A stretch of 64,000 nt of DNA from Nannocystis bainbridge (GTDB lineage: Bacteria; Myxococcota_A; Polyangia; Nannocystales; Nannocystaceae): contig NZ_JAQNDL010000004.1 of assembly GCF_028368995.1 (NCBI RefSeq), positions 416,001 to 480,000 on the forward strand, given 5' to 3'. Position numbers and translations under genes: made by a program. The notes below the pieces were generated by a model, which was given only the letters and a program-made list of their open reading frames with translations, searched no databases and was not told the DNA's origin. Position 1 is the stretch's first letter, and each line of letters opens with the position of its first letter. This document shows, in pieces, positions 8,442-16,882 of the stretch.

Positions 8442-9812
8442 TCACATGTTGACTTCGGGCAGCTCGGCCAACGCCGCCTCGATCGCCGCCTGCGGGTAGG
8501 CGTAGTCGGTCAGCTCGCCGCGGAAGTAGGCGTCGTAGGCCGTCATGTCGAAGTGGCCGTGGCCGCAGAGGTTGAACAGGATCACCGGCGAGGTGCCCTC
8601 TTCCTTGGCGCGGATGGCCTCGCGGATCACCTGAGCCACGGCGTGGCCGGCTTCGGGCGCGGGGACGATGCCCTCGGCGCGCAGGAAGGTGACCGCCGAC
8701 TTGAAGGCCTCGAGCTGCGGGACCGAGTAGGCCTCGATCAGCTTCTGGTCGTACAGCTCGCTGATGACGCTGCCGACGCCGTGGTAGCGCAGGCCGCCCG
8801 CGTGCACCGGCGGCGGGATGAACTTGGCGCCGAGCGTGTGCATCTTGACCATCGGCGCCATGCCGGCGGTGTCGCCGTAGTCGTAGGCGTACACGCCGCG
8901 CGTGAGGGTCGGGCAGGCCGCGGGCTCGACCGCGACGACCCGCACGTTGCGGCCGTGGACGATCTTGTCGCGCAGGTAGGGCACGGCGATGCCGGCGAAG
9001 TTGCTGCCGCCGCCGACGCAGCCGACGATGATGTCGGGGCTGTCACCGGCGCGGTCGAGCTGCAGCATCGCCTCCTGGCCGATGACCGACTGATGCATCA
9101 GCACGTGGTTCAGCACCGAGCCGAGCGCGTACTTGTACTTGCCGCCGCTCTTGGCCGCCATCTCGACGGCCTCGCTGATGGCGATGCCGAGGCTGCCGGT
9201 GCTGTCCGGATCCTGGGCCAGGATCGATCGCCCCGACTCGGTGCGGTCGCTCGGGCTGGCGGTGACGTTGGCGCCGAAGCTCTGGATGATCGCGCGCCGG
9301 TACGGCTTCTGGTGGAAGCTGACCTTCACCATGAAGACGTGGCACTCGAGGTTGAAGAAGTTGCAGGCCTGCGACAGGGCAGTGCCCCACTGACCCGCGC
9401 CGGTCTCGGTGGTCAGGCCGACGACGCCGGCCTGCTTGTTGTAGAAGGCCTGCGGGATCGCGGTGTTCAGCTTGTGGCTGCCGCTCGGCGAGACGCCCTC
9501 GTACTTGTAGTAGATCTTCGCCGTGGTCCCGAGGGCCTTCTCCAGGCGCCTGGCCCGCATCAGCGGCGTGGGGCGCCACAGCTTGTAGATCTCCCGGACC
9601 TCCTCCGGGATGTCGATGAAGCGCTCGCGCGAGACCTCCTGGTTGATGATCTCCGCGGGGAACAGCGGCAGCAGGTCGTCTGGAGTAACCGGGCTCTTGG
9701 TACCGGGGTGCAGGACCACGGGGAGCGGGCGCGGAAGATCGGCCTGGATGTTGTACCAACGTGTCGGAATTGCGCTCTGGGGGAGTTCAAAACGCGTCAG
9801 GGACTCGGTCAT
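8442..9812 (-). CDS. trpB2: TrpB2 (TrpB-like PLP enzyme, tryptophan synthase beta type 2)
   Basis: WYNIQADLP, WRPTPL, GSHKLNTA, TETGAGQWG, GSVLNHV, GGGSNF, HAGGLRYHG, PAPE, CGHGHFD; 456 aa; no trpA nearby. Confidence 0.93.
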   Translation of the reverse strand: MTESLTRFELPQSAIPTRWYNIQADLPRPLPVVLHPGTKSPVTPDDLLPLFPAEIINQEVSRERFIDIPEEVREIYKLWRPTPLMRARRLEKALGTTAKIYYKYEGVSPSGSHKLNTAIPQAFYNKQAGVVGLTTETGAGQWGTALSQACNFFNLECHVFMVKVSFHQKPYRRAIIQSFGANVTASPSDRTESGRSILAQDPDSTGSLGIAISEAVEMAAKSGGKYKYALGSVLNHVLMHQSVIGQEAMLQLDRAGDSPDIIVGCVGGGSNFAGIAVPYLRDKIVHGRNVRVVAVEPAACPTLTRGVYAYDYGDTAGMAPMVKMHTLGAKFIPPPVHAGGLRYHGVGSVISELYDQKLIEAYSVPQLEAFKSAVTFLRAEGIVPAPEAGHAVAQVIREAIRAKEEGTSPVILFNLCGHGHFDMTAYDAYFRGELTDYAYPQAAIEAALAELPEVNM

Positions 9813-10151
9813 TCGCGGCGCTCCAGTCTCGCTCGACCTTTATATCGCGAGGCGTCGCTGCGACAAAGGCCCACGGGTCGGTCGCGGCCTCGGCTTTCGT
9901 CGGCGGGCTGCGGTCCTTGCCCCGTGTTCGCCGAGGTGCACCCCGAGCCGTAGATCGGCTGTTCTTTGGGCCATGCGCCGCAATTCGCGGGGCGCGCCGG
10001 CCGCTGCGCCCGGCGCCCGTGCGCATGCGCGTGGACGCGCCGGGTCGGCAAAACCGGCTGAAACGGGCTTCTGGGGCCATTTGGCGGGCCTCGCCGCGGC
10101 GCGCTTCGGCCGATGCGCGCGGAGTCACGGACCGCGGCGCGCGGACAGGTG

Positions 10152-11870
10152 TCACCGCCGCTTTGCCGCGCGTAGGCGCGCGAAGTACTCGCGGTAGGCC
10201 CGCATCGTCACGCCGGCGAACAGCAGCGTGATCGGGATGTTGACCCACAGCATCACGCCAGTGCCGACCGAGGTGATGTTGTCGAGTTCAGCCTCGGTGC
10301 TGATCCAGCCTGCGCAGGCGAGCAGGATGCTCAGGCAGTAGACGATCTTGTACGGGACGACTGACCGCCGTCCCGCCATGTAGACCATGCCCTGCTCGCC
10401 GTAATAGGCGTACGAGATCATGGTCGACACCGCGAACAGCCACGAGGCCACGGCCACGAGCCACTTCCCGAGCCCCGGGGCCACGCGATCGAAGGCGTGG
10501 CTGGTCAGCGCGGCGCCGACGTAGTCCTTGTAGACGTCGAGGCCTGCGAGCGCAGGCGCGCTGGCGAGCGGCGCCGCCGGGGAGCCCACCGGAGACCAGT
10601 CGACATAGAGGCGATCTCCCGCCCCGACAGCGACGACGCCGCTGACTCGCTGCAGGTCGCCGCCGGTGGCCGGATCGATCGGGCCGTAGCGCGCGAGCAT
10701 GAACACCCCGTCGCCGGGCCGCCAGCCGGTGCCGGTGATCGCCAGCGCCTGCGCATGTTTCTCGGGCAATGGCGTATCGGACAGGTCCCAACAGCCAGGT
10801 TCGATCTGGACCGCGGCCGGCGGGGCGGACAGCGAGGCCTCGCCGTCGCGACACCAGGCGCCGCTGGCCAGCACGACCAGCGAGGTGAGGGTGCAGACGA
10901 CGAGGGTGTCGATGAAGGGCTCGAGGCCGGCGACCACGCCCTCGCGCACGGGCTCGTCGGTCCGCGCGGCGCAGTGGGCGATCGGCGAGGTGCCCTGGCC
11001 GGCCTCGCTCGAGAACAGGGCCCGCTTCATGCCCCACACGAAGGCGGCGCCCGAGGTGCCGCCGACGAACGCGCCGGCGGCGTCGGCTGGGGAGAAGGCG
11101 GAGGCGACGATGAGGCGCAGCATCGCCGGGATGTCGGCGACGTGGACCGCGAGCACGTAGAGGGCGGCGGCGAGGTAGAGGAAGCACATCGCCGGGACCA
11201 GGGCGCCCGCGACGGCGCCGATCCGCTTGATGCCGCCGAGGATGACGGCGCCGACCAACAGCGCGAGCACGACGCCGACGGCCTGCTGCGGCACGCCGAA
11301 GCTCTCCTCGGTGACGATGCCGACGTTCCACGCCTGGAACATGTTGCCGCCGGTGAGCGTGCTGATGAGGAGGGTGATGCAGAACAGGACGCCGAGGACG
11401 CGGCCGACGGGCCGCAGCTTCTCGCTGCGCTGGGCGAGGCCGTCGTCGGCGACCCACATCGGCCCGCCGCTCGGCTCGTCCGGGTTGTCGGTGCGCCGGT
11501 ACAGCATCGACAGCGTGACCTCGGTGGTCTTGAGCGCCATGCCGGCGATGCCGACCATCCACATCCAGAACACCGCGCCCGGGCCCCCGAGCGCGATGGC
11601 GACGGCGACCCCGCCGATGTTGCCGAGGCCCACGGTGGCCGACAGCGCGGCGGAGAGGGCCTGGAAGTGGCTGATGGCCCCGGGCGCGTCGGGCTTGTCG
11701 TAGTCGCCGCGGATGATGGCGACGCCGTGGGTGAGCGCGTGGTACTGGCAGAAGCCGCTCCACACGGTGAACAAGAGGCCGGTGGCCATCACGGCGTAGA
11801 GCACGCTGTCGTGCCACAAGACCGCGTTGATGGCCGTCAGCCAGTCGTTGATGGCGATCCAGATCTCCAC
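10152..11870 (-). CDS. alanine/glycine:cation symporter (AGCS family)
   Basis: ATVGLGNIGGVA, GGPGAVFWMW, GGIKRIG, KRALFSSEAGQG, FIDTLVVCT, YYGE motifs. Confidence 0.92.
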   Translation of the reverse strand: MEIWIAINDWLTAINAVLWHDSVLYAVMATGLLFTVWSGFCQYHALTHGVAIIRGDYDKPDAPGAISHFQALSAALSATVGLGNIGGVAVAIALGGPGAVFWMWMVGIAGMALKTTEVTLSMLYRRTDNPDEPSGGPMWVADDGLAQRSEKLRPVGRVLGVLFCITLLISTLTGGNMFQAWNVGIVTEESFGVPQQAVGVVLALLVGAVILGGIKRIGAVAGALVPAMCFLYLAAALYVLAVHVADIPAMLRLIVASAFSPADAAGAFVGGTSGAAFVWGMKRALFSSEAGQGTSPIAHCAARTDEPVREGVVAGLEPFIDTLVVCTLTSLVVLASGAWCRDGEASLSAPPAAVQIEPGCWDLSDTPLPEKHAQALAITGTGWRPGDGVFMLARYGPIDPATGGDLQRVSGVVAVGAGDRLYVDWSPVGSPAAPLASAPALAGLDVYKDYVGAALTSHAFDRVAPGLGKWLVAVASWLFAVSTMISYAYYGEQGMVYMAGRRSVVPYKIVYCLSILLACAGWISTEAELDNITSVGTGVMLWVNIPITLLFAGVTMRAYREYFARLRAAKRR

Positions 11871-11995
11871 GAGCGGACGAGGGCCGCATGATGGCGGCCC
11901 GACCTGCGCGGCGCAATGACCGGGGCGGGGCCAGGCGAGCGGTCGGCGACTTTGCTGGATTAATTAAAGGAGAGGCGCGGCGGCCGGCCCGCGGC

Positions 11996-12970
11996 TCAGC
12001 CGGCCGGGGCGGATGGGGCCACCGGGGGCGGGCTCGCGGCGGCGGCGGACTGGCCGGCGGCGAGCGGCGTGGCGGGGCTCGTCATCGGCGTCGCGGGCGG
12101 GTCGGCGGCGTCTGCGGGCGCGGGCTTGCCGAGCTGCGGGGCGTCAGGACGGATCCCCGGCGGGACCTCGACGCGCTCGCCGACTGTGATGAGGCTGGCG
12201 TAGCGGAGCAGGCTGACCTTCACCAGCAGATCGGAGAAGGCCCACTCGGTCTCGAAGTTGGTGGCGACGGGGATGTCGACCGCGCCATCGGGGCCGGGCG
12301 CGGGCAGCTCGCGCGAGGGGACGCGCGTGGGTGGGCCGTAGACGCGGGTGTAGTGGGCGACGGCGTCCTCGTAGTCGGCGAGCGCGGGCGCGGGGTCCTT
12401 GGCGGTGCGCTGGTACGAGACGTGGCGCAGCGGATGATCGACGCTGTCGAACACGAACAGCAGGCGGCCCTCGGACCGCGGCCGCGGGCGATCGGTGAGC
12501 TGCTCGCTGCGGGTCTTGGGGCAGCTGAAGCGGACCTGCGGGTTGGCCTCGCGCTTGCTCTTGCGATCGAGCCACGAGGCGGCGGTGACAGCGTCCTCGC
12601 CGCGGGCGCGGGCGTCCTCGAGGCGCTTGCGCTCGACCTTGCGGCGACCCTCCATGCTGGCGCGGATCGAGGTGTCGCCGCAGGCGAGGCCGAGGCGCGC
12701 GGCGAGGGCCTCGGCGTCGGCGACGTGGTGGCGGCCGACGTCGGTGTGCATGGCGACGGTGACGGGCGCGCGCGGCCCCGGGCGCGGATCTTTGAACTCG
12801 AAGCGCCACTCCTGCTCCCTGCGCGCGAACAGGCCGGCGAGGCCGGAGCCGGTCGCGGTCGCGGTCGGCTGGGTGGGCTCCGCGGCGGGCTCGGGCCGCT
12901 GTTCGCCAGCGCCGCAGGCGGCGAGGCCGAGGACGCAGGCGAGAAGGGTGAGGCGCGAGGCGAGCAGCAT
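11996..12970 (-). CDS. hypothetical lipoprotein
   Basis: MLLASRLTLLACVLGLAAC lipobox; start trimmed downstream of the repeat tract. Confidence 0.7.
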   Translation of the reverse strand: MLLASRLTLLACVLGLAACGAGEQRPEPAAEPTQPTATATGSGLAGLFARREQEWRFEFKDPRPGPRAPVTVAMHTDVGRHHVADAEALAARLGLACGDTSIRASMEGRRKVERKRLEDARARGEDAVTAASWLDRKSKREANPQVRFSCPKTRSEQLTDRPRPRSEGRLLFVFDSVDHPLRHVSYQRTAKDPAPALADYEDAVAHYTRVYGPPTRVPSRELPAPGPDGAVDIPVATNFETEWAFSDLLVKVSLLRYASLITVGERVEVPPGIRPDAPQLGKPAPADAADPPATPMTSPATPLAAGQSAAAASPPPVAPSAPAG

Positions 12971-13003
12971 GGGAGGCGCGGGAAAGTTCTCGAAGGGCGG
13001 TGT

Positions 13004-13297
13004 GAACTTCGGGACAGGTCGATGAGGATCGAGATGAACTTCGGGACAGGCGCGGGTGCGGTGGCTCGGAGGGGGAAGTGTCGCGCGACGCTTCGGAGGC
13101 GGAGGTTCGAGGTGAACTTCGGGACAGGTCGCGCGGGAGGCCGGATGAACTTCGGGACAGGTCGCGCGGGAGGCCGGATGAACTTCGGGGCAGGTCGCGC
13201 GGGGCTTGGGGCGGGCCGGAGATCGGGGGAACTTTGGGACAGGTCGCGCGGGGACGCGGGGCCGGGGGCGGGTGTACTTCGGGACAGGTCGCGCGGG
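13004..13297. repeat. 7 dispersed copies of GAACTTCGGGACAGGTC(GCGCGGG)
   Basis: Copies start at 13004,13036,13114,13147,13180,13229,13274. Confidence 0.9.
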
Positions 13298-13314
13298 TGG
13301 CTGCGGAGCGGTGG

Positions 13315-13800
13315 TCAGCGGCCGAGCAAGATGCGGGCGCCGGCGATCGCCTGGCGCAGCTCGGGGTCGCTGACGTCGGACATGGCGCGGCTGGTGGCGT
13401 CGCTGGGCTCGGCCGTCATGGTCGGCGGAGCGAGCGCGGCTGCGGGCAGGGCGAGCGGGCGCGGGCTGGGCGTAGGGACGGCGCCGAGGCGGAACCTCAG
13501 GCCGCCGAGGCGGGCCTCGGGGGCCAGCTGCTGGAGCTTGCCCAGGAGCTGGTCCCGCGAGTACATCAGTTCGTGGTGGTACTGACTGTCCTCGACCACG
13601 ACGATGACCTCGTCCCGCACGACCGCGAGCGGATAGGCGCGCCCGCGCAGCCACGGCATGTTGAGCCGCTCCCAGGCGGCGCGGACGTAGACCAGCCGGA
13701 CCATGTGGTCGGGGACGATGGTCTTGACCAGCCGCCACACGGCGTCGGCGAGCGGCTGCGGACCGCGGGCGAACGAGCGGCGAGGACGACGGGCGGCCAT
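13315..13800 (-). CDS. DUF721/DciA family protein
   Basis: PQPLADAV...AWE...VIVVVEDSQYHHELMYSRDQLLGKLQQ...LRFRLG pattern. Confidence 0.7.
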   Translation of the reverse strand: MAARRPRRSFARGPQPLADAVWRLVKTIVPDHMVRLVYVRAAWERLNMPWLRGRAYPLAVVRDEVIVVVEDSQYHHELMYSRDQLLGKLQQLAPEARLGGLRFRLGAVPTPSPRPLALPAAALAPPTMTAEPSDATSRAMSDVSDPELRQAIAGARILLGR

Positions 13801-13809
13801 CACCGTCGA

Positions 13810-14220
13810 GTGTGCCACACCGCGCTGGCGTGGGCGGCGGCGCTCCTCACGCTCGGATGCGCGGCCCGGTCCGGATGGGAGCGGACCGACGCGCGGGCCT
13901 GCCGCCCGGCCGATCCGCCGCGGATCTGCGTGCTCGCCGAGCCCGACCGGGCCCTGGTGGTCCGCGCGGGCGGGACGGCGCTGGTGCCCGGCGAGTGCGC
14001 GTCGTCGCCCCGGCGCCGCGGCGGGTCGCTTCACGTGACGGCAGAGGACGGTCGAACCGGGGCGCGAGACGACCGCTGGCTGCGGACCGGTCGCGGGGCG
14101 ACGACGCGGATCACGGCGACCAACAAGGCGAAGCCGCGGGTGGTCGAGCGCGACCGCTGCACCGGGCAGATCGAGGCGGACATGGCCGAAGGGTCATCCG
14201 CAGCGCGCGGCCGCGAGTGA
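13810..14220 (+). CDS. hypothetical lipoprotein
   Basis: GTG start, ALAWAAALLTLGC lipobox, several Cys. Confidence 0.55.
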   Translation: MCHTALAWAAALLTLGCAARSGWERTDARACRPADPPRICVLAEPDRALVVRAGGTALVPGECASSPRRRGGSLHVTAEDGRTGARDDRWLRTGRGATTRITATNKAKPRVVERDRCTGQIEADMAEGSSAARGRE

Positions 14221-14266
14221 GGGGCGGCTGCGCGGCGAACGGGCGTGCCCGAATCGTCCGCGTAGC

Positions 14267-14360
14267 GGACATGCTCGAAGGGGCATGGCCGAACGAGCAT
14301 GCGCGAAGGGACATGCTCGAAGGGTCATGGCCGAACGAGCATGCTCGAAGGGACATGCTC
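14267..14360. repeat. 14-bp-period GGRCATGYCC array (7 units)
   Basis: CATG at 14270,14284,14298,14312,14326,14340,14354; convergent junction. Confidence 0.92.
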
Positions 14361-14430
14361 CGACAGCGAGGGGCCGGCCGCCCGGGGAGGCGGCCGGGTG
14401 TCCCGAGGGACAGGCGCGGGCTCGTGTCGC

Positions 14431-15300
14431 TCAGAGCGACGCGAGGCCGGCCTCGTAGGCCTGGCGGAGGCGGAGGGTCAGCGGGCCCTCGCGGCCGTCG
14501 GTGACCGGGAAGCCGTCGAGGGTGGTGACGGCGATCGGGCCGCGCACCGAGGAGGTCAGGAACACCTCGTCGGCGGCGCGCAGGTCGAACGGGTGCAGCG
14601 ACGACTCCTGGGCGGAGATCGCCAGCGAGGCGGCGAGCTCGAGCACGACCGCGCGGGTGATGCCGGGCAGGATGCCGTCGGAGATCGGCGGGGTGAACAG
14701 GACCCCGCCGAGGACCGCGAACACGTTGCTGGTCGCGCCCTCGGCGACCAGGCCGGCTGGGTTGACGAGCACCGCCTCGTCGTCGCCCGCGGCCAGGGCC
14801 TGGCGCAGGGCCTGGATGTTGGGCAGGTAGTTGGCGGTCTTGAACGCGGGGTCGAGCGCGCTGGCCGGGGCGCGCGTGACGTCGACGATCCGCGCCCGCA
14901 GGCCGCGGGAGTAGCCGGCCGCGTCGGGCAGGTCGAGCGGGATCGCCAGCACGGCCAGCGTCGGCGTCAGCGCCTTGCGCGGGTCGAGCATCAGCGGGCC
15001 GACGCCGCGGGTGACGACGATCCGCACCAGGCTGTCGGCGTTGCCGGTGGCAGCGTGGGTGGCGTCGAAGTGCACGCGCAGGTCGGCGTCCGACCAGGGC
15101 AGGTCGAGGCCGATGCCGTCGGCGCTGCGGCGCAGGCGGGCGGTGTGGGCCGCCCAGGAGACGGGGCGGCCGCTGGCGGTGCGCAGGGTCTCGAACACGG
15201 CGTCGCCGAACAAGAACCCGCGGTCGAGCACGGGCACCGCCGCCTCAGCGGGGTCGAGGGGGCGGCCGATGGTGGACAGGTACACGCGGGATGACGGCAT
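14431..15300 (-). CDS. class IV aminotransferase (IlvE/PabC/D-amino acid aminotransferase family)
   Basis: DRGFLFGDAVFET, KTANYL, EGATSNVF, ILPGITR, ADEVFLTSS. Confidence 0.92.
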   Translation of the reverse strand: MPSSRVYLSTIGRPLDPAEAAVPVLDRGFLFGDAVFETLRTASGRPVSWAAHTARLRRSADGIGLDLPWSDADLRVHFDATHAATGNADSLVRIVVTRGVGPLMLDPRKALTPTLAVLAIPLDLPDAAGYSRGLRARIVDVTRAPASALDPAFKTANYLPNIQALRQALAAGDDEAVLVNPAGLVAEGATSNVFAVLGGVLFTPPISDGILPGITRAVVLELAASLAISAQESSLHPFDLRAADEVFLTSSVRGPIAVTTLDGFPVTDGREGPLTLRLRQAYEAGLASL

Positions 15301-15307
15301 AGCTTCA

Positions 15308-15359
15308 GAACATGTCGGATGAGACAGGGTGGAAGGGACAGGGTGAAACGGGCATGTCC
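15308..15359. repeat. 14-bp-period array (4 units)
   Basis: CATG 15311, CAGG 15325, CAGG 15339, CATG 15353; abuts the stop at 15361. Confidence 0.8.
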
Positions 15360-15360
15360 T

Positions 15361-16095
15361 TCAGGACCGGCGGAGACGGAGGCGGAGGCACAGGCCGACG
15401 GCCTCGAGGGCGATCGCGGGCGTCATCTTCGACGCGCCGCGCTCGCGGTCGGGGAACACGATCGGCAGCTCGCGCGCGCGCCTGCCGGCGCGCACGAGGC
15501 GGTACTTCATCTCGATCTGGAAGCCGTAGCCGCTGGCGGCCACGGCGCTGCGATCGAGGGCGGCGAGAGCGGCGCGGCCGTAGCAGACGAACCCGGCGGT
15601 CGGGTCGCGCAGGCCGAGGCCGAGCAGGGTGCGGGCGTAGAGGCCGCCGCCGCGCGACAGCAGGCGGCGCCCGAGGCTCCATCCGCGGGTGCCGCCGCCG
15701 GGCACGTAGCGCGAGCCGATCGCAAAGTCGGCGCCGGTCTCGCCGACCGCGGCGACCAGGCCCGGCAGGTAGGCGGGGTCGTGCGAGAAGTCGGCATCCA
15801 TGGTGATGATGTGGGTGAAGCTGTCCTCGTGCCGCAGGGCCCAGTCGATGCCGGCGAGGTAGGCGCGGCCGAGGCCCTGCTTGGCGGCGCGGTGGAGGAC
15901 GTGGACGCGGGCGTCGGCGGCGGCGAGGCCGTCGGCGAGGGCGCCGGTGCCGTCGGGGCTGGCGTCGTCGATGATGAGCACGCGCGCGTCGGGCAGCGCG
16001 GTGAGGATCGCCGCGGTGATCGGCTCGACGTTGTCGCGCTCGTTGTAGGTCGGCACGAGCACGAGCGGGCGTGGGCGATTGGCGGCGGCGCTCAT
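15361..16095 (-). CDS. polyprenol monophosphomannose synthase (GT2)
   Basis: PTYNERDN, DDASPDGT, GLGRAY, MDADFSHDP, GSRYVPGG, GYGFQIEM, GASKM. Confidence 0.92.
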   Translation of the reverse strand: MSAAANRPRPLVLVPTYNERDNVEPITAAILTALPDARVLIIDDASPDGTGALADGLAAADARVHVLHRAAKQGLGRAYLAGIDWALRHEDSFTHIITMDADFSHDPAYLPGLVAAVGETGADFAIGSRYVPGGGTRGWSLGRRLLSRGGGLYARTLLGLGLRDPTAGFVCYGRAALAALDRSAVAASGYGFQIEMKYRLVRAGRRARELPIVFPDRERGASKMTPAIALEAVGLCLRLRLRRS

Positions 16096-16160
16096 GGCAG
16101 GCAGCCCGCGCAGAGTACCCCGCGCCGGCGCAGGGTTGCGAGGCCGCGCGCCGGGCTGCT

Positions 16161-16808
16161 ATGTTGTCGCCCGCCCAGGTTGCCACGGTGCGACGGATCC
16201 GCTGCCATTACGCGTCCGGAGAGGCCTTTACGGCGGCGCTGCGCGCGGCCGGCGACGATCAGGCGCTGCAGGTCTTCACGACCGAGCGCTTCGAGCCCGG
16301 CGAAGAAGTGCTCGCGGAGGTGTTCTTCACCGGCATGAACGGGAAGATGCTGGTCCGCGCGATCGGCAAGAAATGGCACATGGCGCGCCCGCGCCTGCGC
16401 GTCCGCGCCGGTGGGGTGCTCCGCTGCGCGGGGAGCGAGTGGCGCAAGCTTCAGTTTCTCCGCGAGGTGGCGCTCGGGCGGGCGACCATGGCACCGCGGC
16501 GACGGCACCTGCGCCAGCCGGTTTTGGTCGAGATCCGCTGGCGGCGCAGCGACGGCAATGACCTGATGCCGGCGACGATCTCGGAGATCTCCGAGGCCGG
16601 CGCGCTGCTCCTGACGGACGCGGGACTCACGCTCGGGGAGGAGATCATCATCGAGATCACGACCCCGGGGGGCGCGCGCCCGCTCGAGCTGACCTCGGTC
16701 GTGCGCAACACCCAGCACCCCGACGGGGTCGGCGTCGAGTTCATGCGCCGCACCTCCGGCGGGCTGACGCGGATCCGCGAGGTCATCCGCCGGCTCGTGG
16801 ACCAGTGA
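16161..16808 (+). CDS. PilZ-domain protein (probable tandem PilZ)
   Basis: RRRHLR (RxxxR), EISEAGA ((D/N)xSxxG variant), GVGVEF. Confidence 0.8.
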   Translation: MLSPAQVATVRRIRCHYASGEAFTAALRAAGDDQALQVFTTERFEPGEEVLAEVFFTGMNGKMLVRAIGKKWHMARPRLRVRAGGVLRCAGSEWRKLQFLREVALGRATMAPRRRHLRQPVLVEIRWRRSDGNDLMPATISEISEAGALLLTDAGLTLGEEIIIEITTPGGARPLELTSVVRNTQHPDGVGVEFMRRTSGGLTRIREVIRRLVDQ

Positions 16809-16816
16809 GCGCGATG

Positions 16817-16882
16817 CGACAGGTACGAAGAGACATGTCCGTGGGGACAGGGCGTTCGGGGCAGGTGCGAAGGGGCATGTCC
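16817..16882. repeat. 14-bp-period array (5 units)
   Basis: CAGG 16820, CATG 16834, CAGG 16848, CAGG 16862, CATG 16876. Confidence 0.85.

Noticed and set aside
6330-9953. Long + strand ORF (1207 aa) and similar antisense ORFs (18764-21349, 48407-52624, 57953-60073)
   Set aside because: Shadow ORFs opposite motif-supported genes, expected in high-GC DNA with few stops.
9813-10151. Trp leader peptide or attenuator upstream of trpB2
   Set aside because: The short minus-strand ORFs I read have no tandem Trp codons, and no terminator/antiterminator pair was evident.
13004-13297. CRISPR array
   Set aside because: Repeat is short, spacers are very unequal and partly identical to each other, and no cas genes are in the window.
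11996-13738. 580-aa ORF including TCPEVH repeats
   Set aside because: The N-terminal part is the translated DNA repeat and overlaps the DciA-like gene; the lipobox start at 12970 is more plausible.
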